30,935 nucleotides of DNA from Bacteroidota bacterium (GCA_041176665.1 JBEDCT010000245.1:1-30935); one strand, 5' to 3'; positions 1 to 7,803 are shown, numbered from the stretch's first letter. Made by a program: numbers and translations. Notes: a model not told the origin generated them from the letters alone.

Positions 1-1
1 T

Positions 2-280
2 AACAATACGGATTCAGAAGTTGTATTATCGGGTATTTTACACAAAGAATTTCTCCAGTATGAAACGAAGGTTCGTATGCCAATAGGTCGTTTGAATGCT
101 TTGGTAAACTTACTTCAAAAAAACAACGATCAATTCGATCTTTACGATCATATGTGTTGTTTTAACTTGGGATTCGTCACCGAATACAATGTGGTATTGC
201 CGGCTGAATTAAACCGAATGTTTACACAGCAAGAATTGAAAGGTGAAGCGTTGGTTCCGCTGAAGCAGATTTGCGCTTAA
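2..280 (+). CDS. 3' part of a CDS running in from the left edge; product unknown
   Basis: The frame of ORF 77..280 is open back to position 2 (NNTDSEVVLSGILHKEFLQYETKVR-MPIGR...), so the ATG at 77 is probably internal. Stop TAA at 278-280. No motif recognised. Confidence 0.6.
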   Translation, partial: NNTDSEVVLSGILHKEFLQYETKVRMPIGRLNALVNLLQKNNDQFDLYDHMCCFNLGFVTEYNVVLPAELNRMFTQQELKGEALVPLKQICA

Positions 281-639
281 GGCTGAATGTAAACTGTTTC
301 TTCGTTTACTTTTTCTGCTTCAATTTTAATGATCCCTGCACCGGATTTATTTCCTTTTTTCGCATCGATGTCAAGTACAGCTACACCTGCTTGTCCCAAT
401 TGGTACAAATCATTGTAATTGAATGTTGCCATCCCGTTTAAATTTGTGAAAGCGGTATCAATAACAGCAACTTGTTGAGGCGTATTTTGGGTATTTGTAC
501 CATATAAAACAACCATCGCGTTACTCACACTTGCGTTGTTTTCATCTTTGATATAAATATTAGCAACGGTATCTAATTTTTTTCTACATGAAGTAGAAAC
601 AATAACAGAAAGGATGGCTAGTACAATGATATTTTTCAT
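277..639 (-). CDS. Small lipoprotein, carboxypeptidase-regulatory/prealbumin-like beta-sandwich (paralogue 3 of 3)
   Basis: Basic N-terminus, hydrophobic stretch and lipobox STS-C (MKNIIVLAILSVIVSTSC). Pattern IKDENN..VSNAMVVL...T..NG.ATF resembles prealbumin-like domains. Aligns by eye with the two upstream ORFs. Confidence 0.75.
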   Translation of the reverse strand: MKNIIVLAILSVIVSTSCRKKLDTVANIYIKDENNASVSNAMVVLYGTNTQNTPQQVAVIDTAFTNLNGMATFNYNDLYQLGQAGVAVLDIDAKKGNKSGAGIIKIEAEKVNEETVYIQP

Positions 640-650
640 CTCAGTTTAAT

Positions 651-1028
651 TTAGTTCGGTAAGTATATTGTTTTAACCGTTGTTGTGTGAACACGACAAC
701 GAGCATAGTCATATGCTACTTTATTGTTGTATTTAACAATGATATCAAAATAACCTGTGGTGTTCAGTTCACCTGAAACATTGAAATACTGATCCATGTC
801 CACAACTGCGAATCCTGAAGCATTCGAAAATACAGTATCCACAAAAGGAAGTGTAGCGGGATTTGATTGTTGATCTCCAATGACGATCACTTTAGCACCG
901 TCCATTAATTGATTCGATGATGAGCGAACAAATACCTTCAATACAGCAGGATCTTTGGACTCACAAGAAACACTGATAAGGATGACTAAGCTCAGTGTAA
1001 GTAGGTTAAAAAAGGTTTTCATATGCAT
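651..1028 (-). CDS. Small lipoprotein, prealbumin-like beta-sandwich (paralogue 2 of 3); start may be the second Met at 1022
   Basis: Lipobox SVS-C (..LVILISVSCESKD). Pattern V.V.SSSNQ..DGAKVIV...DTVFSNASGFA..DMD.Y. Confidence 0.75.
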   Translation of the reverse strand: MHMKTFFNLLTLSLVILISVSCESKDPAVLKVFVRSSSNQLMDGAKVIVIGDQQSNPATLPFVDTVFSNASGFAVVDMDQYFNVSGELNTTGYFDIIVKYNNKVAYDYARCRVHTTTVKTIYLPN

Positions 1029-1038
1029 TTGTAAGTTT

Positions 1039-1070
1039 CAAATTTACATTATTTTTTTTAAATGCTCAAA
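1039..1070 (-). promoter_or_regulatory. Bacteroidota primary-sigma promoter for the 651..1028 gene
   Basis: Minus strand reads TTTG (1070-1067), N20, TAAATTTG (1046-1039). This matches the -33 TTTG / -7 TAnnTTTG consensus and spacing exactly. Confidence 0.75.
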
Positions 1071-1075
1071 TAGCA

Positions 1076-1474
1076 TCATTGGATCACGATAACTACGCGA
1101 TTTCTTTTTTCTTCTTCAATCTGTATGACTTGATTTCCGGTTAATCCGAAATAAAAAGCTTCAACTTTCAGCACTGCCACGCCAACTTGACCAGATTTGT
1201 AGTATTTGTCCATATCAAAAAACGCAAGTCCACCTGTATTTGTTGTGGTACTATCATTAATAATAGCTACTTGATTTGAATTAGAGGTAGGTTCAACGAC
1301 CAACTTGACCTTCGCGTTTTTCACGAATTCCCCATTTGAAAATTGAACCGCTACTTCAAGCGTAGTCGGTTCTTTTTTGTAACAAGAACCGAGGATCATG
1401 GAACTCACTAGAACAAGGGTGATAATTCCATCGTACAGCTTGATTTTACCAATAAAATTCTTGTACATTTGCAT
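1076..1474 (-). CDS. Small lipoprotein, prealbumin-like beta-sandwich (paralogue 1 of 3)
   Basis: Lipobox LGS-C (..SSMILGSCYKKE). Pattern V.V.FSNG..VKNAKVKL...DSTTTNTGGLAFFDMDKYY..GQVGVAVL. Confidence 0.75.
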   Translation of the reverse strand: MQMYKNFIGKIKLYDGIITLVLVSSMILGSCYKKEPTTLEVAVQFSNGEFVKNAKVKLVVEPTSNSNQVAIINDSTTTNTGGLAFFDMDKYYKSGQVGVAVLKVEAFYFGLTGNQVIQIEEEKRNRVVIVIQ

Positions 1475-1542
1475 GTTTTGGGCTGTTTAGCTATGAGTTA
1501 AACAACGATTGGGTCCGAAAAGTTACACTATGTCACAAGAAA

Positions 1543-2559
1543 ATGAATATTAAAGAAATTTTAGAAGCTGTTCATGCATTCGAAATTCAATCAGCTACTG
1601 ATTTAGAAAACTTTCGAATTCAATTTTTAGGTTCAAAAGGTCAAATTAAAGACCTATATGGAGCTTTAAAAAGTGTTCCCAATGAAGATAAAAGAGCAGT
1701 TGGACAACAAATCAATGAAGTGCGTCAACTCGCAGAAGATAAATTAGAATCGTTTAAACAGTTGCTTTCACAAAGCGCATCAGCAATTGACAAAGAAGAT
1801 TTAAGTAAGCCAGGTTCTGACTCACTCATCGGAAGCCATCACCCACTATCACTTGTTCGCAAAGAAATCATCGAAATTTTTAACCGCATCGGTTATGTTG
1901 TTTCGGAAGGACCGGAAATAGAAGACGATTGGCACAATTTCTCCGCATTAAATTTCCCGCCTGAGCATCCGGCAAGAGACATGCAGGATACGTTTTTTGT
2001 GGAAAAAGGAGAGGTAGAAATGGCACTGCGTACACATACAAGTAGCGTTCAAGTACGTGTTATGGAAAATTCCAAACCGCCAATACGAACAATTTCGCCG
2101 GGTAGAGTATACCGAAACGAGGCCATTTCAGCACGTGCACATTGCTTTTTCCATCAAATAGAAGGCTTGTATATAGATAAAGATGTTTCGTTTGCTGATT
2201 TAAAGCAAACACTCCTGTTTTTTGCAAAGGAATTATTTGGAGAAAAAGCTTCGATTCGTCTGCGTCCATCTTATTTTCCATTCACGGAACCAAGCGCAGA
2301 GGTCGATGTTTCTTGTACCTTATGTCATGGTAAAGGATGTAATGTCTGCAAATATTCTGGCTGGCTCGAAATTCTCGGTTGTGGAATGGTAGACCCAAAT
2401 GTACTAGATGCTTGCGGCATTGATTCAACAGTTTATTCTGGATTTGCTTTCGGTATGGGTGTGGAACGTATTGCACAATTAAAGTACCGTGTAACCGATC
2501 TTCGTTTATACTCAGAAAATGACATTAGATTTCTCAAACAATTTACCCCAGGAACATAA
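1543..2559 (+). CDS. pheS: Phenylalanine--tRNA ligase alpha subunit
   Basis: HPARDMQDTF, LRTHTSSVQVR, GRVYRNE, FHQIEGL, RPSYFPFTEPS, WLEILGCGMV and GFAFGMGVERIAQL motifs; 338 aa. Confidence 0.98.
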   Translation: MNIKEILEAVHAFEIQSATDLENFRIQFLGSKGQIKDLYGALKSVPNEDKRAVGQQINEVRQLAEDKLESFKQLLSQSASAIDKEDLSKPGSDSLIGSHHPLSLVRKEIIEIFNRIGYVVSEGPEIEDDWHNFSALNFPPEHPARDMQDTFFVEKGEVEMALRTHTSSVQVRVMENSKPPIRTISPGRVYRNEAISARAHCFFHQIEGLYIDKDVSFADLKQTLLFFAKELFGEKASIRLRPSYFPFTEPSAEVDVSCTLCHGKGCNVCKYSGWLEILGCGMVDPNVLDACGIDSTVYSGFAFGMGVERIAQLKYRVTDLRLYSENDIRFLKQFTPGT

Positions 2560-2561
2560 TT

Positions 2562-2897
2562 ATGGCGTGGAATATCATTTCGGATAAGGAGCAAGTCCAA
2601 AAAATAATTGAATCCAGTAGCGAAAAGCCTCAGGTTTTTTTTAAACACAGTACCCGTTGTAGCATTTCCTCAATGGCATTAAGACGATTTGAAGGCACAG
2701 GTATTTTAGATAACTCAAATGTCGACTGTTGGTACTTGGATCTTCTTTCTTACCGCTCGATTTCAGAAGAAATTGCTAGTCAAACAAAGGTGATACATCA
2801 ATCTCCACAAGCCATTCTCTTTGTAAATGGACAAATGTGTTATGCGGAAAGTCATGGGATGATAGACGCTGATCAAATTCTACAAATTATAACTTAA
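2562..2897 (+). CDS. ytxJ: Bacillithiol-system redox protein YtxJ/BrxC family (DUF2847, thioredoxin fold)
   Basis: FFKHSTRCSIS monothiol motif, YLDLLSYRSISEEIA, and HQSPQ with the cis-Pro; 111 aa. Confidence 0.88.
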   Translation: MAWNIISDKEQVQKIIESSSEKPQVFFKHSTRCSISSMALRRFEGTGILDNSNVDCWYLDLLSYRSISEEIASQTKVIHQSPQAILFVNGQMCYAESHGMIDADQILQIIT

Positions 2898-2901
2898 CGA
2901 C

Positions 2902-3963
2902 ATGAAAAAAGTTCTCGTTATTGTCATCGTAATCGGTTTGCTTGGAAGTTATTTGGTTCCAATGTTCATGAATGAATCAAAAAACACGGAGGCACCTTTT
3001 CAATTTGGTTTTTCGGATAACCTAGCTATTAAATTCGGAGATGTTGTGACCATTCCAATTGAAACAAATGGAGAAGTAAAAAATCTAAGCATCACATTTG
3101 CAGGAAAGGTGATTCAGAAATTTGCACAAACGAAAGAAAAGTTAAGTATTCAATTGGATTCCAAAAAATATCAAATCGGTGCTTATGAAATCGAAATGCA
3201 GGGAATGGATCAACAAGGACAATTTTTCACTGAAATCCGAAATGTCCGAATTCTTTCTGATGTGACCCCTGAAAAATGGAAGCTAGAAATCGTTCAACGT
3301 TTTCCTCACAACGAAAGCAGTTTCACTCAAGGACTTGCATTCTCTGGAGATCAGCTGTATGAAGGAACAGGAGACCCAAATCAGACCGGTGCATCGCTTG
3401 TTGCCAAGGTGAACTTAAAAACGGGAGAAATTGGACAGAAAATTGGATTAGATGCAACGCGATTTGGTGAAGGAATTACCATTCTTGGCGATCAAATCTT
3501 TCAGCTTACCTGGTTAAATCACAAGTGCCTTGTTTATAATAAGGAAACCCTCGAACTGCTAAAAGAATTTGATTATACAACAGAGGGATGGGGAATATGT
3601 ACAGACGGTAAATTGCTCTATATGTCTGATGGTTCTGAACGAATATATGTGCGAAATCCAAAGAACTTCGACATCATTAAAACCATTGAGGTGTATACAA
3701 ATGAATTTGCCATTCCTCGTTTAAACGAATTGGAGTTTGTCAACGGACTCATTTATGCAAATATTTGGACATCCAACGAAATCGCTGTCATTGACCCCCT
3801 ATCGGGCAAAGTACTTGCTTTAATTGACGCCACTAATTTGGTAAATGAAGGGAAAGGAAATGGTGAGGTATTGAATGGAATTGCTTTTCATGCCAAATCG
3901 AATAAATTGTACATGACTGGAAAATTTTGGCCAACATTGTTCGAGGTGAAGGTACTGAAGTAA
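2902..3963 (+). CDS. Glutaminyl-peptide cyclotransferase (plant/bacterial beta-propeller type) with N-terminal anchor and extra N-terminal domain
   Basis: FTQGL, FGEGIT, QLTW, EGWG, SDGS, LNELE, YANIW, VLNGIA and TGKFW motifs. Hydrophobic N-terminus followed by about 100 aa before the propeller. Confidence 0.92.
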   Translation: MKKVLVIVIVIGLLGSYLVPMFMNESKNTEAPFQFGFSDNLAIKFGDVVTIPIETNGEVKNLSITFAGKVIQKFAQTKEKLSIQLDSKKYQIGAYEIEMQGMDQQGQFFTEIRNVRILSDVTPEKWKLEIVQRFPHNESSFTQGLAFSGDQLYEGTGDPNQTGASLVAKVNLKTGEIGQKIGLDATRFGEGITILGDQIFQLTWLNHKCLVYNKETLELLKEFDYTTEGWGICTDGKLLYMSDGSERIYVRNPKNFDIIKTIEVYTNEFAIPRLNELEFVNGLIYANIWTSNEIAVIDPLSGKVLALIDATNLVNEGKGNGEVLNGIAFHAKSNKLYMTGKFWPTLFEVKVLK

Positions 3964-4049
3964 GGAACTTTATGATGAATTTTCATTTAAAAGGTCTTGC
4001 GTTGGCAATTTTTTTTGGTTTTCTTCGTTTGAAAAATTGAAAATAGCAT

Positions 4050-4733
4050 ATGGAGCAGACAACAAAAGATTGGAATGAATTAAAAAGCAACGATAGTTGG
4101 TCGATTTTTAAGATTATGTCCGAGTTTGTCGAAGGATTCGATCGGATGTCTAAAATAGGCCCTTGCATTTCCATTTTTGGTTCGGCTAGAACAAGCCCTA
4201 ATAACCCCTATTATGCCCTCGGTGAGGAAATAGCTGCAAAATTTGCAAGCCTTGGTTATGGCATCATCACAGGTGGTGGCCCCGGCTTAATGGAAGCAGC
4301 AAATAAGGGGGCTCAGAAAGCGAATGGAAAATCCGTTGGTCTCAACATAGATCTGCCATTCGAACAAAATCACAATCCATTTATTGACCAAGAACACAAC
4401 CTAGAATTCGATTATTTCTTCGTGCGAAAAGTAATTTTCGTGAAATATTCTCAAGCATTTGTCATTTTGCCTGGAGGTTTTGGAACGCTCGACGAGTTCT
4501 TTGAGGCCATGACCTTGATTCAAACAAAAAAGATAACGAAAAGACCCATCGTTCTTGTTGGTACATCTTATTGGATTGGCTTATTGAAATGGGTGGAAGA
4601 AACCATGTTATGGAAAGAAAACAATATTTCCTCTGATGACTTGGCACTGTACAAATTGGTCGATACAGCCGATGAAGCGGTTGATTACATCGAAGATTTC
4701 TATCGATCCCACGCACTATCTCCAAATTTCTGA
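4050..4733 (+). CDS. LOG family (TIGR00730) nucleotide phosphoribohydrolase / Rossmann-fold protein
   Basis: SIFGSAR, TGGGPGLMEAAN, YFFVRK and PGGFGTLDE (PGGxGTxxE signature). Confidence 0.92.
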   Translation: MEQTTKDWNELKSNDSWSIFKIMSEFVEGFDRMSKIGPCISIFGSARTSPNNPYYALGEEIAAKFASLGYGIITGGGPGLMEAANKGAQKANGKSVGLNIDLPFEQNHNPFIDQEHNLEFDYFFVRKVIFVKYSQAFVILPGGFGTLDEFFEAMTLIQTKKITKRPIVLVGTSYWIGLLKWVEETMLWKENNISSDDLALYKLVDTADEAVDYIEDFYRSHALSPNF

Positions 4734-4755
4734 TAATTTAACGAAAAGGAAAGAT

Positions 4756-4763
4756 TAACTTTG
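4756..4763 (+). promoter_or_regulatory. -7 promoter element for the PASTA operon
   Basis: TAACTTTG lies 21 nt before the GTG at 4785. No good -33 TTTG at canonical spacing. Confidence 0.55.
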
Positions 4764-4784
4764 GGTATTGAAAACTGAAAAACT

Positions 4785-5591
4785 GTGTTCCAAAAAATAA
4801 AAAATTTTATTCTAACAAAACACTTCCTCAAACATATCGGATTGGTGGTATTGTTTTATTTAGTCCTTGTTTTCGCAACGGTCATCTACTTAGATTTAGC
4901 GACAAATCACGGTGAAAAAATTGCCGTTCCCAATTTTGTAGGGATGAACGGAGAAGAAGCGAAGAAGAAAATCGAAGAACTCGACTTGCAATACCAAATT
5001 CTTGATAGTATATACAATCCTAAAATGCCTGAAGGGACTGTACTTGAACAATTGGTGGAACCTACAGGGATTTCAAGAGTTCATGTGAAATCTGGACGCA
5101 TCATTGGATTGAGATTAACTAAACGAACTCAAATGGTTGAGATGCCAAGTTTAGTGCACAAACAATTGCAGTTTGCAGAAAGTATTCTCGAACAACGTGG
5201 ACTCAGATTTAGTATACAATACCGACCGACAAGCGAGGCGAATGGCTCTGTTTTGGACCAATTATACCGCGGAAGAAGAATCAAAGAAGGCGAACGTATT
5301 CCAATTGGTGCTGTTGTCACACTTGTTGTGGGACAAAATGATCAAGGAGAGCCAATTACCATACCAAATCTGGTCGGACTCACCATGACGGATGCGCGAT
5401 TCATCATGGATACTTTAGGTGTCACATCCTACAATTTTGTTTGTCCGGATTGCAGCACTTCACAAGACTCGTTAGCTGCGATTATATTTAGCCAAACACC
5501 TGAATTTATTGAAGGTTCAACGGTGTTTAAATCGACGCAGTTTACACTCTCCATGAAACGAAATTTTTCAGACATCGAAAACCCTGAATGA
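4785..5591 (+). CDS. Membrane-anchored PASTA-domain protein (three PASTA repeats, no kinase or PBP domain)
   Basis: GTG start and one N-terminal TM helix. Repeats begin VPNFVGM, MPSLVHK and IPNLVGL, each with a later V(L/F)xQ.P/G..V element. Confidence 0.88.
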   Translation: MFQKIKNFILTKHFLKHIGLVVLFYLVLVFATVIYLDLATNHGEKIAVPNFVGMNGEEAKKKIEELDLQYQILDSIYNPKMPEGTVLEQLVEPTGISRVHVKSGRIIGLRLTKRTQMVEMPSLVHKQLQFAESILEQRGLRFSIQYRPTSEANGSVLDQLYRGRRIKEGERIPIGAVVTLVVGQNDQGEPITIPNLVGLTMTDARFIMDTLGVTSYNFVCPDCSTSQDSLAAIIFSQTPEFIEGSTVFKSTQFTLSMKRNFSDIENPE

Positions 5592-5592
5592 C

Positions 5593-7803
5593 ATGAAACT
5601 GTTTCTTATTTTTTGTCTAATCACAGTAACTTCCTTTGCGCAACAGTTGGAAGTTGGTCCGATAACACAAAATGTTGATCTTCAAGGAAAACCCGCACAT
5701 TTAAAGTCTGGAAACACCAACATTGACAGCACGTTTATTTATATTTCGGACACGCTTAACCTGCCATTCTTCGATGATTTTTCCTCCAATAAATTTCAAG
5801 TTTACGCCGCGCAATTTAACGACCCGGGAGTAACGAGTCAACTTTTTTATCACTTACTGAATCCAGCGACGATGTTGCCATTTAGTCCAAATGCAAGTTT
5901 TACCAATGGAGCTACCTTTAAGCGCACTTATGATAGTACAACGGATACCTTCATAGATAGCGTTTTTGCGACGATTTCAGTGAAAGTTGGTGATTTTTCA
6001 TCTTATCCCATCAATTATCAAACAGAAGATTTATTTCCGCCATATTACATCTACGATACGGTGGGTGTTCCTGATGTAAGAGACACCATCTGGGTGACGA
6101 ATCCAACGTATCTTCAAGATTCTGCTCGCGTCTTTTTCTCTACCCTAATGGATCAAAATGCTCATTGGCTGGATCGTCAAGCGTATTTAAATGAACGATT
6201 TGGATACAATCCAAGGTCTTTGGGTGTTGCTACTTTTGATGGCTTAGATGAATTCGGCTATCCATACGAAATTGGAACAGCGATCACGAACTACGCAGAC
6301 CGCCTTACGAGCAAACCCTTAAACTTAGTGAGTTTAACTGCTTCGGATTCCGTTTACCTTTCTTTTCTTGTGCAACCTGAAGGACTTGGTGACATTCCAG
6401 AAACGGGGGATTCATTGGTTTTAGAATTGTATGCAAAGGATTTGGACCAATGGTTTAGAGTTTGGTCAGTCAATGGGGACACTACCTATGCTTTCAAACC
6501 AGTTCACATTCCAGTGAAGGACGCTAAGTATTTTAAGAAAGGATTTCAGTTTAGGTTTAAAAATTACGGTTCGTTAGCTGGGGCCTTGGATCATTTTCAT
6601 ATTGACTATGTTCATTTGCGCACACAGTCTTTTTTAGGAGATACTTTATTTAAAGATTTCGCCTTGGTTTACCCCCTAAATACCTTGTTAAAAACGTATA
6701 CGTCAGTTCCTTGGGATCACTACAAACAAACTGCCGAGAATAAGATGAGTAACGCGTTAAAAGTAATGGTGCACAATGGGAGTCCCAACCCGGAAAATTA
6801 CCAAAATGGAAGCGTCGTTTTTGGACAGGGAGGAACAACTTACGGAAACTTTACGTTACAAGGCTTTAATTTAGCAGAACAACAAATAAACTACGCTCCA
6901 AGCACAACGCACACTTCTTTCCATGATTTAACTGCAGGCGCGGAATTCCCTAAAAATTTAACTGGCAACGAGCAGTCATTCGAGGTGAATACAACTGTAA
7001 ATGCTCAATTTCCGAATGATGTAAATAATGACCAGACTACTTTTACACAACACTTCTACAATTATTACAGTTACGACGATGGTAGTGCCGAGGCAGCGTT
7101 CGGTCCAACAGGAATACAATCAAGGCTTGCCATTTCCTACGAAGCATACGAAGCAGATTCCTTGATTGGAATCGCGATGCACTTTGTTCCATCGGTGACT
7201 GATGTCAGTAACAAGTTGTTTTTAATGACGGTTTGGGCCGATGATGGAACTGGAAATCCAGGTCAAGTGCTATATGAAGACGATGTTTTTAGTACACGGA
7301 GTCCTATTTATGGCACGAATCAAAACATGTTTATTAAGTATTATTTCCCAGATACCATGAAGGTTGCAGTTCCGACCAAGTTTTTTGTCGGTTGGAGGCA
7401 ACTAGATCAAGAACGTTTAAACCTAGGCTTGGATAGAAATACGGATCAATCAGATAAAATAAAATTTAGTGTTGATGGCGGTGGATCGTGGATGTCCTCT
7501 CCTTTTGAAGGAAGTGCCATGATGAGGCCAATTTTTTCCACTTCACTTGATCCTATTTTGGGAATAAAAACGAATGAATCAACCGCTAATTTTTACTGTT
7601 ACCCAAATCCAGTAATGGATGAATTACACTTTCAAAGTGACAGTCAGTTGGAAAATGAACGAAAGTTTATTTTTGATGCTGCCGGACGCTTGATTCTTGA
7701 GACTACCGAAAGTACCGTTTCCTTTGTCGATTTTCAGACGGGAATCTATTTTGTTTCCATTCCCTCCATTTCTCCAAAACCAGTTAAGATCATTAAACAA
7801 TGA
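5593..7803 (+). CDS. T9SS type A sorting domain-containing secreted protein, function unknown
   Basis: Sec signal peptide (..VTSFA|QQ). C-terminal CTD YPNPVMDEL...IFDAAGR...GIYFV...KIIKQ. Internal LPFFDDFS, GVATFDGLD and YSYDDGSAE motifs. Confidence 0.88.
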   Translation: MKLFLIFCLITVTSFAQQLEVGPITQNVDLQGKPAHLKSGNTNIDSTFIYISDTLNLPFFDDFSSNKFQVYAAQFNDPGVTSQLFYHLLNPATMLPFSPNASFTNGATFKRTYDSTTDTFIDSVFATISVKVGDFSSYPINYQTEDLFPPYYIYDTVGVPDVRDTIWVTNPTYLQDSARVFFSTLMDQNAHWLDRQAYLNERFGYNPRSLGVATFDGLDEFGYPYEIGTAITNYADRLTSKPLNLVSLTASDSVYLSFLVQPEGLGDIPETGDSLVLELYAKDLDQWFRVWSVNGDTTYAFKPVHIPVKDAKYFKKGFQFRFKNYGSLAGALDHFHIDYVHLRTQSFLGDTLFKDFALVYPLNTLLKTYTSVPWDHYKQTAENKMSNALKVMVHNGSPNPENYQNGSVVFGQGGTTYGNFTLQGFNLAEQQINYAPSTTHTSFHDLTAGAEFPKNLTGNEQSFEVNTTVNAQFPNDVNNDQTTFTQHFYNYYSYDDGSAEAAFGPTGIQSRLAISYEAYEADSLIGIAMHFVPSVTDVSNKLFLMTVWADDGTGNPGQVLYEDDVFSTRSPIYGTNQNMFIKYYFPDTMKVAVPTKFFVGWRQLDQERLNLGLDRNTDQSDKIKFSVDGGGSWMSSPFEGSAMMRPIFSTSLDPILGIKTNESTANFYCYPNPVMDELHFQSDSQLENERKFIFDAAGRLILETTESTVSFVDFQTGIYFVSIPSISPKPVKIIKQ

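Noticed and set aside
3997-4016. TTGC-gttg-GCAA followed by T8 as a terminator after the QC gene
   Set aside because: A 4-bp stem is too weak to support the call.
4050-4733. LOG protein as cytokinin biosynthesis or part of a defence system
   Set aside because: It is an ordinary TIGR00730-type protein in a housekeeping context, with no fused effector or partner genes.
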